A DNA stretch of 64,000 bases, from contig CP078014.1 in assembly GCA_020544565.1 (NCBI GenBank), positions 376,574-440,573 on the forward strand, in the 5' to 3' direction. Below the pieces are notes generated by a model that saw nothing but the letters and a program-made list of their open reading frames with translations, was not told the DNA's origin and ran no database searches. Shown in pieces: positions 1-8,693 of the stretch; position 1 is the first letter of the stretch, and the number at the start of each line of letters is the position of its first letter. The position numbers and the translations under genes are program-made. This DNA is from Bradyrhizobiaceae bacterium. Lineage in GTDB: Bacteria; Pseudomonadota; Alphaproteobacteria; Rhizobiales; Xanthobacteraceae.

Positions 1-72
1 CTGCAGGCGTCCTACCAGACGACGTCGTCGCTCTATCAGCTCAGCCTGGTGAAATATATGCCGGTGGGCTGA
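1..72 (+). CDS. flgL: C-terminal end of flagellar hook-associated/flagellin-family protein (FlgL-like), partial
   Basis: Frame 1 reads LQASYQTTSSLYQLSLVKYMPVG*, typical of alphaproteobacterial FlgL C-termini; adjacent to flagellin locus. Confidence 0.6.
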   Translation: MQASYQTTSSLYQLSLVKYMPVG

Positions 73-107
73 GCAGCCTCAAAATTGGGAATTTTCCGGT
101 GCGCGCT

Positions 108-193
108 CGTCATGGCCGGGCTTGTCCCGGCCATCCACGCCTGAATGAGTTGATGCCCAAAACGCGGATGCCCGGGACAAGCCCGGGCATGAC
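108..193. repeat. CGTC-tagged palindromic REP-like dimer
   Basis: cgtcatggccgggcttgtcccggccatccacg...cgcggatgcccgggacaagcccgggcatgac; two inverted hairpin units between convergent genes; related copies at 36324, 40013, 43130. Confidence 0.85.
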
Positions 194-241
194 AGAAAGT
201 GCGCGTCTGATCAGGCTTTGCGGCTCAGGCTGTGCGGCGTG

Positions 242-667
242 TCAGGCGGCGGTGGAGAGGCCGGGCGCGGCGGCCGCGGCGCGGGCGCTGTCGAGAAGCT
301 GCTTCTCGTAGGCGATCAGCTTCTTCGATTCCTTCAGCGCCTTGTAATAGTCGCCGCCGAGGATGTGGTTGTTGATCTCCGCCACCATCGGCGCGGCGCT
401 CGGCATCACCAGCAGCAGGTCGCGCATCAGGTCGAAATAGATCGCGTGCTGGTCCTGCGGGTGGTCGGAAATGTACATCAGCTGCACCGCCAGATAGATC
501 AGCTTCGAGGGGGTGTCGGCGGTGGCCGGCGTCAGGATGTCCTTCTCGCGCAGCACCGGCAGCCGGTCGCCCTCGATCAGGAATTTGGCGCGCTGGTCGG
601 TGTTGGTGATGACGCAGGAGCCGACGATGATTTTCTCGTGCGGCTTGAGTTCGACCTTCAGGGCCAT
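242..667 (-). CDS. flbT: Flagellar biosynthesis regulator FlbT (copy 1)
   Basis: MALKVELKPHEKIIVGSCVITN...REKDILTP...KLIYLAVQLMY; start placed at ATG 667 rather than the ORF-track 793. Confidence 0.9.
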   Translation of the reverse strand: MALKVELKPHEKIIVGSCVITNTDQRAKFLIEGDRLPVLREKDILTPATADTPSKLIYLAVQLMYISDHPQDQHAIYFDLMRDLLLVMPSAAPMVAEINNHILGGDYYKALKESKKLIAYEKQLLDSARAAAAAPGLSTAA

Positions 668-735
668 CGGATCATCTCCACTGCGCGCCGGGTGCGGGTT
701 CGTTGCCGGTCTCGTGTGATCCTTTCCCATGATGG

Positions 736-751
736 TTAACGACGGCTTAAC
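736..751. promoter_or_regulatory. CtrA binding site between divergent flbT1 and flagellin 1
   Basis: TTAA-CGACGGC-TTAAC matches the TTAA-N7-TTAA(C) consensus exactly. Confidence 0.8.
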
Positions 752-972
752 GCGACGGTCGCCGTGCGCGTCGATCGCCCGGGAATATCGCAATTATTTC
801 AAGCGTGTCGGTCTTTTTCGCGGCCGGACGCGGGCGCTGGTTCGGGATACTTTCCCGGTTCCAGTTCACATCTTTTTAGCGGGTTGAGTTCCAAGGTGAC
901 CGCGTTCGCTGATCGAAAGTCAGCGTCACGCTTGTACACGTTGCGTCAGTAACACCAGAAAGGTTGCGTACA

Positions 973-2217
973 ATGTCTGATATCGTTCTCTCTTCCTCGG
1001 TTCGCCAGAACCTGCTCTCGCTCCAGTCCACCGCCGACCTGCTCTCCACCACCCAGACCCGCCTTGCCACCGGCAAGAAGGTCAACTCGGCGCTCGACAA
1101 CCCGACCAACTTCTTCACCGCCGCCGGCCTCGACTCCCGCGCCAGCGACATCAACAATCTGCTCGATGGTATCGGCAACGGCGTGCAGGTGCTGCAGGCC
1201 GCCAACACCGGCATCACCTCGCTGCAGAAGCTGGTCGACAGCGCCAAGTCGATCGCCAACCAGGCGCTGCAGACCACCGCGGGATACAGCAGCAAGGCCA
1301 ACGTGACGTTCTCCGGCGCTGGCGCCGGCACGGGCACCGCGACGGCGGACGACCTCACCGCAGGTGGCGGCGCCACCGGCAGCAAGCTCGACGGCGCTGC
1401 GTTCACCTTCAGCATGGCCGGCAAGGCCGCTGTCACCATCACCATCGGCGACGGCACCGCCGGCACGTCGAAGTCGCTGGCCGACGTCAACAAGGCGCTG
1501 TCCGATGGCGGCATCTCGCTGACGGCCGCGCTGGATTCCGCCGGCGGCCTGACCTTCACCTCGACCAACGACTCCGCCAGCCAGACCATCACCACGGCGA
1601 CCACGGCGACCGCGAGCTTCAGCACTGCGAACACGGTGGAAATCGCCGTGGCGGCTGCTGACGCGACCACGGTCGGCGTCAATGCTGCGGTGGCGGACGT
1701 CAACTCGCAGAACACCCGCGCCAACCTGATCTCCCAGTACAATCAGATCATCGATCAGATCAAGACGACGGCACAGGACTCCTCGTTCAACGGCACCAAC
1801 CTGCTGAACGGCGACCAGCTCAAGCTGGTGTTCAACGAAACCGGCAAGTCCACGCTGAACATCACCGGCGTGACCTTTGATCCGGCCGGCCTCGGCCTTG
1901 CCACGCTGGCCAGCGGCACGGACTTCGTCGACAACGCCTCCACCAACAAGGTGCTGACGTCGCTGAACAACGCCTCGAGCACGCTGCGTTCGCAGGCTTC
2001 GGCCTTCGGTTCGAACCTGTCGATGGTGCAGATCCGTCAGGACTTCAACAAGAGCCTGATCAACGTGCTGCAGACCGGCTCGTCGAACCTGACGCTGGCC
2101 GACACCAACGAGGAAGCGGCCAACAGCCAGGCGCTGTCGACCCGCCAGTCGATCGCGGTCTCGGCGCTGGCGCTCGCCAACCAGTCGCAGCAGAGCGTTC
2201 TTCAGCTCCTGCGCTGA
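973..2217 (+). CDS. fliC: Flagellin 1
   Basis: MSDIVLSSSVRQNLLSLQ...RLATGKKVNSALDNP N-terminus; ADTNEEAANSQALSTRQ...QQSVLQLLR C-terminus; Ala/Gly/Thr-rich centre. Confidence 0.95.
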   Translation: MSDIVLSSSVRQNLLSLQSTADLLSTTQTRLATGKKVNSALDNPTNFFTAAGLDSRASDINNLLDGIGNGVQVLQAANTGITSLQKLVDSAKSIANQALQTTAGYSSKANVTFSGAGAGTGTATADDLTAGGGATGSKLDGAAFTFSMAGKAAVTITIGDGTAGTSKSLADVNKALSDGGISLTAALDSAGGLTFTSTNDSASQTITTATTATASFSTANTVEIAVAAADATTVGVNAAVADVNSQNTRANLISQYNQIIDQIKTTAQDSSFNGTNLLNGDQLKLVFNETGKSTLNITGVTFDPAGLGLATLASGTDFVDNASTNKVLTSLNNASSTLRSQASAFGSNLSMVQIRQDFNKSLINVLQTGSSNLTLADTNEEAANSQALSTRQSIAVSALALANQSQQSVLQLLR

Positions 2218-2242
2218 TCCGGCAGCCACTCCATCTCGAAGG

Positions 2243-2275
2243 AAACGGCGGGGGCAACCCCGCCGTTTTCGTTTT
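2243..2275 (+). terminator. Intrinsic terminator after flagellin 1
   Basis: aaacggcgggg-GCAA-ccccgccgttt followed by T-rich tail. Confidence 0.85.
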
Positions 2276-2329
2276 GGGGCCGCCTTCCGGTGCGGAGAGC
2301 GCGTCTTAACGCTTTATTCATCACATTAT

Positions 2330-2355
2330 TTAAACGGGCTTTAACCATAATTTAA
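2330..2355. promoter_or_regulatory. Tandem overlapping CtrA boxes upstream of flagellin 2
   Basis: TTAA-acgggct-TTAA-ccataat-TTAA: three half-sites each spaced by 7 bp. Confidence 0.8.
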
Positions 2356-2445
2356 ACGGTGCCTGCTAAAAATCGATGACAAGACGGCCGCCCTGAAAGT
2401 CGCGCGCCGTGTCGTCGTCGGCTCTTGTTGCAGGAAGGTACCCCT

Positions 2446-3999
2446 ATGTCCGATATCGTTCTCACGGCGTCAGTTCGCCAGAACCTGCTGTCGTTGCAAT
2501 CGACGGCCGACCTGCTGGCGACCACCCAGAACCGCCTCGCCACCGGCAAGAAGGTCAACTCGGCGCTCGACAACCCGACCAACTTCTTCACCGCCGCCGG
2601 CCTCGACTCCCGCGCCAGCGACATCAACAATCTGCTCGATGGTATCGGCAACGGCGTGCAGGTGCTGCAGGCCGCCAACACCGGCATCACCTCGCTGCAG
2701 AAGCTGATCGACAGCGCCAAGTCGATCGCCAACCAGGCGCTGCAGTCGCAGGTCGGCTACACCAAGTCGTCGCTGACCACCGGGCCCAATGCCGGCGCCA
2801 ACGGCGCCAACCTGCTCGGAAGCTCCACGCCGGCGACGGCGGCCGCGCCCGTCACCGGCTCCGGCTTCTCCGCCGTCGACCTCAGTTCGGGGACCGTGTC
2901 GTTCAACCTCAACGTCGATGGCACGAGCCAGGCGATCTCGCTCGATGCGGCTGCGGTCACCAGCTACAACACCGCACACGGCACCACGCTGAACGCCGCG
3001 TCGCTCTCGGCGCAGGACATGGCCGATCTGATCAACGACCAGTTCGGCTCCGCGGCTGTGACCGTGAGCGGCGGTCAGCTCCGCGTCGCCTCGGCCACCA
3101 CCGGCGCAACCTCGCAGGTCACCATCTCCGGCTACAGCAGCACCGCGGCCGCCGGCGCCACCGGCCTCGCCAATGCCAGCACCACCGGCACGGCCGCGAG
3201 CGGCGGTCTTGCGGGCCAGACCCTGACCATCGCCTCGACCACCGGCGGCCCCGCCACCAGCATCACCTTCGGCACCGGCACCGGCGAGGTCTCGACCATC
3301 AACCAGCTCAATGCCGCGCTGCTGGCGAACAACCTGCAGGCCAGCATCGGCTCGACCGGCGCGATCACCATCACCACCGCGAACGACGCGGCGTCCTCTA
3401 CCATCGGCGCGCTGGGTGGCACCGCCACCGATCCGGGCGGGCTGTTCGCCGGGCTGTCCGGCTCGACGCCCGTTGCCGATCCAAACTCGCAGGCGACGCG
3501 CGCGAGCCTGGTGTCGCAGTACAATAACATCATCAACCAGATCAAGACGACGTCGCAGGACGCCTCCTACAACGGCGTCAACCTGCTCAACGGCGACCAG
3601 CTCAAGCTGATCTTCAACGAGACCGGCACGTCGACGCTGAACATCACCGGCATCAATCTCGATCCGGCCGGACTCGGCCTCGGGGCGCTGAACGCCGGCA
3701 CCGATTTCATCGACAACGTCTCGACCAACAAGGTGCTGGACTCGCTGAACTATGCGAGCTCCTTCCTGCGCTCGCAGGCGTCCACGCTCGGCTCCAATCT
3801 GTCGATCGTGCAGATCCGCCAGGACTTCTCCAAGAACCTGATCAACGTGCTGCAGACCGGATCGACCAACCTGACCATCGCCGACACCAACGAGGAAGCG
3901 GCCAACAGCCAGGCGCTGTCGACCCGCCAGTCGATCGCGGTCTCGGCGCTGGCGCTGGCCAACCAGTCGCAGCAGAGCGTGCTCAAGCTGCTCCAGTAA
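2446..3999 (+). CDS. fliC: Flagellin 2 (longer variable region)
   Basis: Same conserved termini as flagellin 1; start set at ATG 2446 after ggaagg RBS. Confidence 0.95.
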   Translation: MSDIVLTASVRQNLLSLQSTADLLATTQNRLATGKKVNSALDNPTNFFTAAGLDSRASDINNLLDGIGNGVQVLQAANTGITSLQKLIDSAKSIANQALQSQVGYTKSSLTTGPNAGANGANLLGSSTPATAAAPVTGSGFSAVDLSSGTVSFNLNVDGTSQAISLDAAAVTSYNTAHGTTLNAASLSAQDMADLINDQFGSAAVTVSGGQLRVASATTGATSQVTISGYSSTAAAGATGLANASTTGTAASGGLAGQTLTIASTTGGPATSITFGTGTGEVSTINQLNAALLANNLQASIGSTGAITITTANDAASSTIGALGGTATDPGGLFAGLSGSTPVADPNSQATRASLVSQYNNIINQIKTTSQDASYNGVNLLNGDQLKLIFNETGTSTLNITGINLDPAGLGLGALNAGTDFIDNVSTNKVLDSLNYASSFLRSQASTLGSNLSIVQIRQDFSKNLINVLQTGSTNLTIADTNEEAANSQALSTRQSIAVSALALANQSQQSVLKLLQ

Positions 4000-4021
4000 A
4001 AGGCGCGGGTATCCACGTCAC

Positions 4022-4051
4022 GCGGCGAGGCTGGTCCTCGCCGCTTTTTTA
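4022..4051 (+). terminator. Intrinsic terminator after flagellin 2
   Basis: gcggcgagg-ctggt-cctcgccgc-tttttt. Confidence 0.85.
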
Positions 4052-4147
4052 TGTGGCGAATTGCGGCTGGTTTTTAATGCGGAGTTGAGCGGGCGGGCGC
4101 TAGACTGTCGTCGCAACCGGTGTCGCAGGCAAAAAGGGAGATCGAAC

Positions 4148-4528
4148 GTGCCCCTGAGAGTCGAACTGAAGCCGTTCGAGCGCATCGTGATCGGCCAGAG
4201 CGTGATCACCAATTCCGACACGCGGGCGGCGTTTCTGATCGACGGCGAGACCCCGATCCTGCGCGAGAAGGACATTCTGACGGCGGAGACGGCGAACACG
4301 CCGGTGAAGCGGCTCTATTTCTGCGTGCAGCAGATGTATCTGGAAAACGACATCCCGAAATATCAGGATCTCTACATGGATTTCGTGCGGGACCTGCTCG
4401 GCGCGGTGCCGAGTTTTCGCGAGTCCATCGAAACCGCAAGTAATCATATTTTAAGCGGTTTTCTTTACAAAGCTCTAAGAGAAATCCGGACACTGATCAA
4501 ACGCGAAGACGAACTCCTGTCGAGGTAA
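4148..4528 (+). CDS. flbT: Flagellar biosynthesis regulator FlbT (copy 2)
   Basis: GTG start after gggag; MPLRVELKPFERIVIG...REKDILTAETANTPVKRLYF. Confidence 0.9.
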   Translation: MPLRVELKPFERIVIGQSVITNSDTRAAFLIDGETPILREKDILTAETANTPVKRLYFCVQQMYLENDIPKYQDLYMDFVRDLLGAVPSFRESIETASNHILSGFLYKALREIRTLIKREDELLSR

Positions 4529-4531
4529 TGC

Positions 4532-4897
4532 ATGTCTTACGGCGCCCAGGCCTACGCACGAACCGCTCAAACCACGGCCTCGCCGCGGGAGATCGAAGCA
4601 CAGGCGCTGCTGAAGGCCGCCAACAAGCTTCAGCATGTGATGGCGAACTGGGATCATCCGGACACGGATTTCGCCGCGGCGTTGCTGTTCAATCGCAAGC
4701 TGTGGGCCATCCTGCTCAGCGCGGTGACCAGCGACGACAGCCAGCAGACCATCGAGGTGCGCCAGAACATCGCCAATATCGGCACCTTCGTGCTGACGCA
4801 GACCGCCGAGCTGCAGCTTCACCCGCAGCGCGACAAGCTCAAGCCGCTGATCGACATCAACTGCAATCTAGCGGCGGGGCTGTCCGGGCGCGCCTGA
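4532..4897 (+). CDS. flaF: Flagellar biosynthesis regulator FlaF
   Basis: AYARTAQTTASPREIEAQALLKAA...ALLFNRKLW...NIANIG...LIDINCNLAAGL. Confidence 0.92.
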   Translation: MSYGAQAYARTAQTTASPREIEAQALLKAANKLQHVMANWDHPDTDFAAALLFNRKLWAILLSAVTSDDSQQTIEVRQNIANIGTFVLTQTAELQLHPQRDKLKPLIDINCNLAAGLSGRA

Positions 4898-4929
4898 CGC
4901 GACCGCGACAGGCGGCAGGGAGAGCGACC

Positions 4930-5295
4930 ATGGCCGATCTTCTCAGCACCATTTCGTCGAACTACGTCGCCATGGGCTCGTTGTACACCACCTCGAAGGG
5001 ACCCTACGTTCCCGTCGATGCGGCGAGCTATGAGGGGACGTGGAGCGGCAAATACGCCAACAACGACAAGTTCACGATCCAGGTGTCGAACGTCTCCGGA
5101 TTCCGCGCCAAGGTGCGCTACCAGAGCGGCTCGACCGTGAAGTATCAGGACGTCCTCATCAGGGACAATTCCTTCAGGATCGGTGATTCCAAGTTCATGC
5201 TGACCAACACCGGCAAGGCGCAGATCAAGACGGTGATGACCAACGCCGCGACCGGCGCGCAGACGCTGGAAACCGCCTACGCCACCCAGAGCTGA
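4930..5295 (+). CDS. Hypothetical beta-rich protein (121 aa) downstream of flaF
   Basis: ATG after agggagag; normal codon usage; MADLLSTISSNY...YEGTWSGKY... Confidence 0.7.
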   Translation: MADLLSTISSNYVAMGSLYTTSKGPYVPVDAASYEGTWSGKYANNDKFTIQVSNVSGFRAKVRYQSGSTVKYQDVLIRDNSFRIGDSKFMLTNTGKAQIKTVMTNAATGAQTLETAYATQS

Positions 5296-5322
5296 CACCG
5301 CGCGTTCGTGCCGGCCTCGCCG

Positions 5323-5685
5323 CTATGCCGTGATATCGGTGTCGTGTCGGGCCTCGTCCCGCCGCGCCATGTCCTGCGCCCGCAGATAGGCGAGGGAGCG
5401 CAGCCGCGCGTCGTCCGGATACTGCCGCACCACGTAGCCGGTGCGGGCGTCCACCACCTTGTAGACGATCGCGGCGGCGTCGCGGTCGATCGCCATCTGG
5501 CGGGACAGGCGGGAGTCGTCCGCGAGTGGATCGTTGCGCGCCGGCCGCGCCGGTTCCGCCGCGATGACGGCCTTGGCGGGCGGCAGGTGTGTCGACACCG
5601 CCTGCCGCGTCGCGCCCGATGCGGGCTCGACGGCCGGGGCCGCAACCGGCGCGCCCGCCGGCCTGATGCTGAAATCCGCGCTCAT
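5323..5685 (-). CDS. FlaG-like flagellar protein
   Basis: C-terminal IDRDAAAIVYKVVDARTGYVVRQYPDD resembles the FlaG motif (V.D..TGEVIRQIP). Confidence 0.6.
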   Translation of the reverse strand: MSADFSIRPAGAPVAAPAVEPASGATRQAVSTHLPPAKAVIAAEPARPARNDPLADDSRLSRQMAIDRDAAAIVYKVVDARTGYVVRQYPDDARLRSLAYLRAQDMARRDEARHDTDITA

Positions 5686-5802
5686 GACGACGCCTCGCCA
5701 TTCTTTGGGTCGAACCCGACCCTCCAGCGGCGATCATGAGCGGTATCGTCTGAATGCCCCGCTTACGCGGGGATGTGCATTTGAATCAAAGACAAGACGT
5801 CG

Positions 5803-6294
5803 TCACAGCGAGCGGCTGACGGACAGCGGCGTGGCGTGGCGCGCCGTCGGCGCGGCGCGCTGCCCGGCCGCGGTGTAGCCGTTGGGCAGGGAGCGGCGCT
5901 GCATCTCGCGGTTGACGCCGCGCACGATGCCTTCCGAGACGGCGTGCGCGGTGGCGAGCACGGTGAGGTTGACCTGCAGCATGGCGCGGAAGGTCTCGTG
6001 ATGGCGATGCAGCGCGCTCAACAGGTCGGGCGTCGTCTGCGCGAGGTAGTCGCGGCTGCTGGTCAGCCGCGCGATGGCCTGGGTGTATTGCCGCGAGGCT
6101 TCGCTCTTTTCCGGCTCCAGCGCCATTGCCTCGCGAACGTTGCCCGCGCGCACCAGTTCGGTCTCGCGCTCGACGATGCCGAGCAGGGCGTTCATCAGCG
6201 TCAGCAGTCCTTCCGCGAGCCGCCGCGCATCGGGCACGGTGGAAACCTGTCCCGGCTGCGCCGTCGGCGCGGGGCGTTGCTGCTGCATCGTCAT
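5803..6294 (-). CDS. FlgN-like flagellar export chaperone
   Basis: Helical protein (LLGIVERETELVR...LQVNLTVLATA...Y) in the flgI-flgJ operon, start overlaps flgJ stop. Confidence 0.6.
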   Translation of the reverse strand: MTMQQQRPAPTAQPGQVSTVPDARRLAEGLLTLMNALLGIVERETELVRAGNVREAMALEPEKSEASRQYTQAIARLTSSRDYLAQTTPDLLSALHRHHETFRAMLQVNLTVLATAHAVSEGIVRGVNREMQRRSLPNGYTAAGQRAAPTARHATPLSVSRSL

Positions 6295-6647
6295 GGGGTG
6301 TCTCCCGAACCGGTCGGGCCGGTGCGATTGGCCTGCTGGAGAATGAGGGTGCGGAACACGTCGTGGGAAATGCCGACGCCGCCCGCCTTGGCGAAGGACC
6401 GCGAATATTCGTCGACCATCATCGAACGCCACACGCCGGTGCCGGGGGTGTTGCCGAACGGGCCGTCGCCCTTGATGCCGCTGGTCATCTGCGAGAACAT
6501 CGTGTTGAGGAACACGGCCTCGAAGTCCTCGGCCTGGGCGCGGGCCTTGGCCTGGGCCTCCGGCGCGACTTTCGTCAGCGCCTGCTGTAGCGTCAGGTCC
6601 GGGCGTCCGCCGGTGAAGGTGAGGGACGGCGTGGCGGCGGCCATCAC
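6291..6647 (-). CDS. flgJ: Single-domain rod-binding FlgJ (no muramidase domain)
   Basis: AEDFEAVFLNTMF...WRSMMVDEYSRSFAKAGGVGIS. Confidence 0.85.
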   Translation of the reverse strand: MMAAATPSLTFTGGRPDLTLQQALTKVAPEAQAKARAQAEDFEAVFLNTMFSQMTSGIKGDGPFGNTPGTGVWRSMMVDEYSRSFAKAGGVGISHDVFRTLILQQANRTGPTGSGDTP

Positions 6648-7765
6648 ATCACCTCGATGTCGGCCTGGATCGCGCCGGCGGCCTTGATCGCCTGCAGGAT
6701 GCCGATCAGGTCGCGCGGGCCGATGCCGAGGCCGTTGAGGCCGTCCACCAGTTGCTGCAGCGACACCCCGGCCTTGACCAGCGCGAGCTTGCGGCCGTCT
6801 TCCTGCACGCCGACCTTGGTGTTCGGCGTCACCACGGTGCGGCCGCGCCCGAACGGCTGCGGCTGGCTGACCTGCGGGCTTTCGGAGATCGACACGGTGA
6901 GGTTGCCCTGCGCCACCGCCACGGTGGCGACGCGCACGTCGCGCCCCATCACGATGATGCCGGAGCGCTCGTCGATGATGATCTTGGCGCTGAGATCCGG
7001 CTCGACCTGCAACTGCTCGATCTCGGTGAGCAGGGCGACGGCGTTGCCCTTGAACTCCGCCGGGATGCTGAGCTGCACCGTGGAGGGATCGATCGGCTCG
7101 GCGGTCTTGGCGCCGAGGAAGTCGTTGACCGCGGCGGCGATGCGCTTGGCGGTGGTGAAGTCGCTGTTGCGCAAAGCGAGGCGCACATTGGGCATGCGGT
7201 TCAGCGCGAATTCGATCTCGCGCTCGATGATCGCCCCGTTGGCGATGCGGCCGACGGTGGGCACGCCGCGGGTGACGCTGGCGCCGGCGCCCTCGGCGGA
7301 AAAGCCGCCGATGGCGAGCGAGCCCTGGGCCACGGCGTAGACGTTGCCGTCGGCGCCAAGCAGGGGGGTGACCAGCAGGGTGCCGCCCTGCAGGCTCTTG
7401 GAATCGCCCAGCGCCGAGACGGTGACATCCATCCGCGTGCCCTGGGTGCCGAAGGCGGGCAGGTTGCCGGTGACCATCACCGCGGCGACGTTGCCGGTGC
7501 GGATGGTGGAGCCGCGGATATTGACGCCCATGCGTTCCAACATCGCCTGCAGCGACTGCTTGGTGAAGGGGATGTTGTTGAGGGTGTCGCCGGTGCCGTT
7601 GAGGCCGACCACCAGGCCGTAGCCGATCAACTGGTTCTGGCGCACGCCCTCGATGTTCGCGAGATCCTTGATCCGCGAGGTGGCGTGGGCCGGTCCGCCC
7701 GGCGCGGCGATGGCGGCGGCGAGCATGGCGATGGCCATGCAGGCGGCCCGAGACATCCGAAACAT
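6644..7765 (-). CDS. flgI: Flagellar P-ring protein
   Basis: SRIKDLANIEGVRQNQLIGYGLVVGLNGTGD...QAIKAAGAIQADIEVM; signal peptide. Confidence 0.97.
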   Translation of the reverse strand: MFRMSRAACMAIAMLAAAIAAPGGPAHATSRIKDLANIEGVRQNQLIGYGLVVGLNGTGDTLNNIPFTKQSLQAMLERMGVNIRGSTIRTGNVAAVMVTGNLPAFGTQGTRMDVTVSALGDSKSLQGGTLLVTPLLGADGNVYAVAQGSLAIGGFSAEGAGASVTRGVPTVGRIANGAIIEREIEFALNRMPNVRLALRNSDFTTAKRIAAAVNDFLGAKTAEPIDPSTVQLSIPAEFKGNAVALLTEIEQLQVEPDLSAKIIIDERSGIIVMGRDVRVATVAVAQGNLTVSISESPQVSQPQPFGRGRTVVTPNTKVGVQEDGRKLALVKAGVSLQQLVDGLNGLGIGPRDLIGILQAIKAAGAIQADIEVM

Positions 7766-7836
7766 CCTCTGCTCCCCGCTGAGGTCTTTAAGCGGCCATT
7801 CCCGTACTCCCCACGGGATTGGTCCGCCGTTAACCA

Positions 7837-7852
7837 TGCCAGCGGCGTGCCA
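7837..7852 (-). promoter_or_regulatory. sigma54 (-24/-12) promoter of the flgI operon
   Basis: Minus strand TGGCACGCCGCTGGCA, GG and GC correctly spaced. Confidence 0.7.
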
Positions 7853-7945
7853 ATCCCGTTAATTTCCTAAGGTATTGGATTTGTTGGATTATTTTCGAGC
7901 TCCCGAGTGGTCGCCGTCGCGTCCGGAGCGCCGGATTTGCCGCAT

Positions 7946-7962
7946 CCGGCAGAAATTGCCGG
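7946..7962. promoter_or_regulatory. ftr-like (FlbD enhancer) palindrome
   Basis: CCGGCAGAAATTGCCGG about 100 bp upstream of the flgI sigma54 promoter; similar to 13907, 22695, 22852. Confidence 0.65.
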
Positions 7963-7966
7963 GTCG

Positions 7967-7985
7967 TTTACCGACCGTTAACCAT
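7967..7985 (+). promoter_or_regulatory. Near-consensus CtrA site upstream of fliX
   Basis: TTTA-ccgaccg-TTAACCAT. Confidence 0.6.
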
Positions 7986-8068
7986 AACCGGCCACTTTGG
8001 CGCAGCAGCGTCACCGGCGGGCGAGGACGGAATCCGGCGACGCCACCGCCGTCCCGCGAGACATCCCC

Positions 8069-8476
8069 ATGCGAATCTACGGACCCAACGGCACCAGCCT
8101 GGCATCTCCCGCCGCCACCGCGCGGCGGTCGGGATCGACCGGCTTCACCCTGGGCGACATTTCCACGCCGGTGGAGACCCGCGCCGCCGCCGCGCCGCGG
8201 GCGGCGGGCGGAATCGACGCCCTGCTGGCGATGCAGGGCATCGAGGATGCCACGGAGCGGCGCCGGCGCTCGGTGGCGCGGGGGCGCACCGCCCTCGACG
8301 TGCTCGACGACCTCAAGATCGGCCTGCTGGCGGGCTCGCTCGATGCGGCCACCGTCGGACGCCTGCGCACGGCGGCGGCCGACCTCAAGACCACCTCCGG
8401 CGACCCCGGGCTGGACCGGGTGCTGTCCGAGATCGAGCTGCGGGTCGAGGTCGAACTGGCCAAAGCGGGACGCTAA
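8069..8476 (+). CDS. fliX: Flagellar assembly regulator FliX
   Basis: MRIYGPNG...IDALLAMQGIED...RGRTALDVLDDLKIGLLAG...RVEVELAK; divergent from flgI. Confidence 0.9.
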   Translation: MRIYGPNGTSLASPAATARRSGSTGFTLGDISTPVETRAAAAPRAAGGIDALLAMQGIEDATERRRRSVARGRTALDVLDDLKIGLLAGSLDAATVGRLRTAAADLKTTSGDPGLDRVLSEIELRVEVELAKAGR

Positions 8477-8693
8477 GACGGGACGTTACGGCGGGTCTTC
8501 AAGGCCGGATGACAGGGCCGGGCCGGCGTCCGGGTTCCGTCAAAGATTTCGGGTTCCACCAAAGGTATTGTGGTCAGCCGTTGTCTGGCCTCTTCCCGAT
8601 ATTGTTTGTCATAGGCCATCGCTATATAAGCTGCGGCGCTGGCGGGCCTTTCCGCCCCCTTACGTCTGCATGACCGTATTTGGAAGGCCGCAC

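Noticed and set aside
946-2229. 427-aa ORF antisense to flagellin 1 (and 876-1742)
   Set aside because: Shadow of a high-GC coding strand; no recognisable motifs, fully overlaps a confident gene
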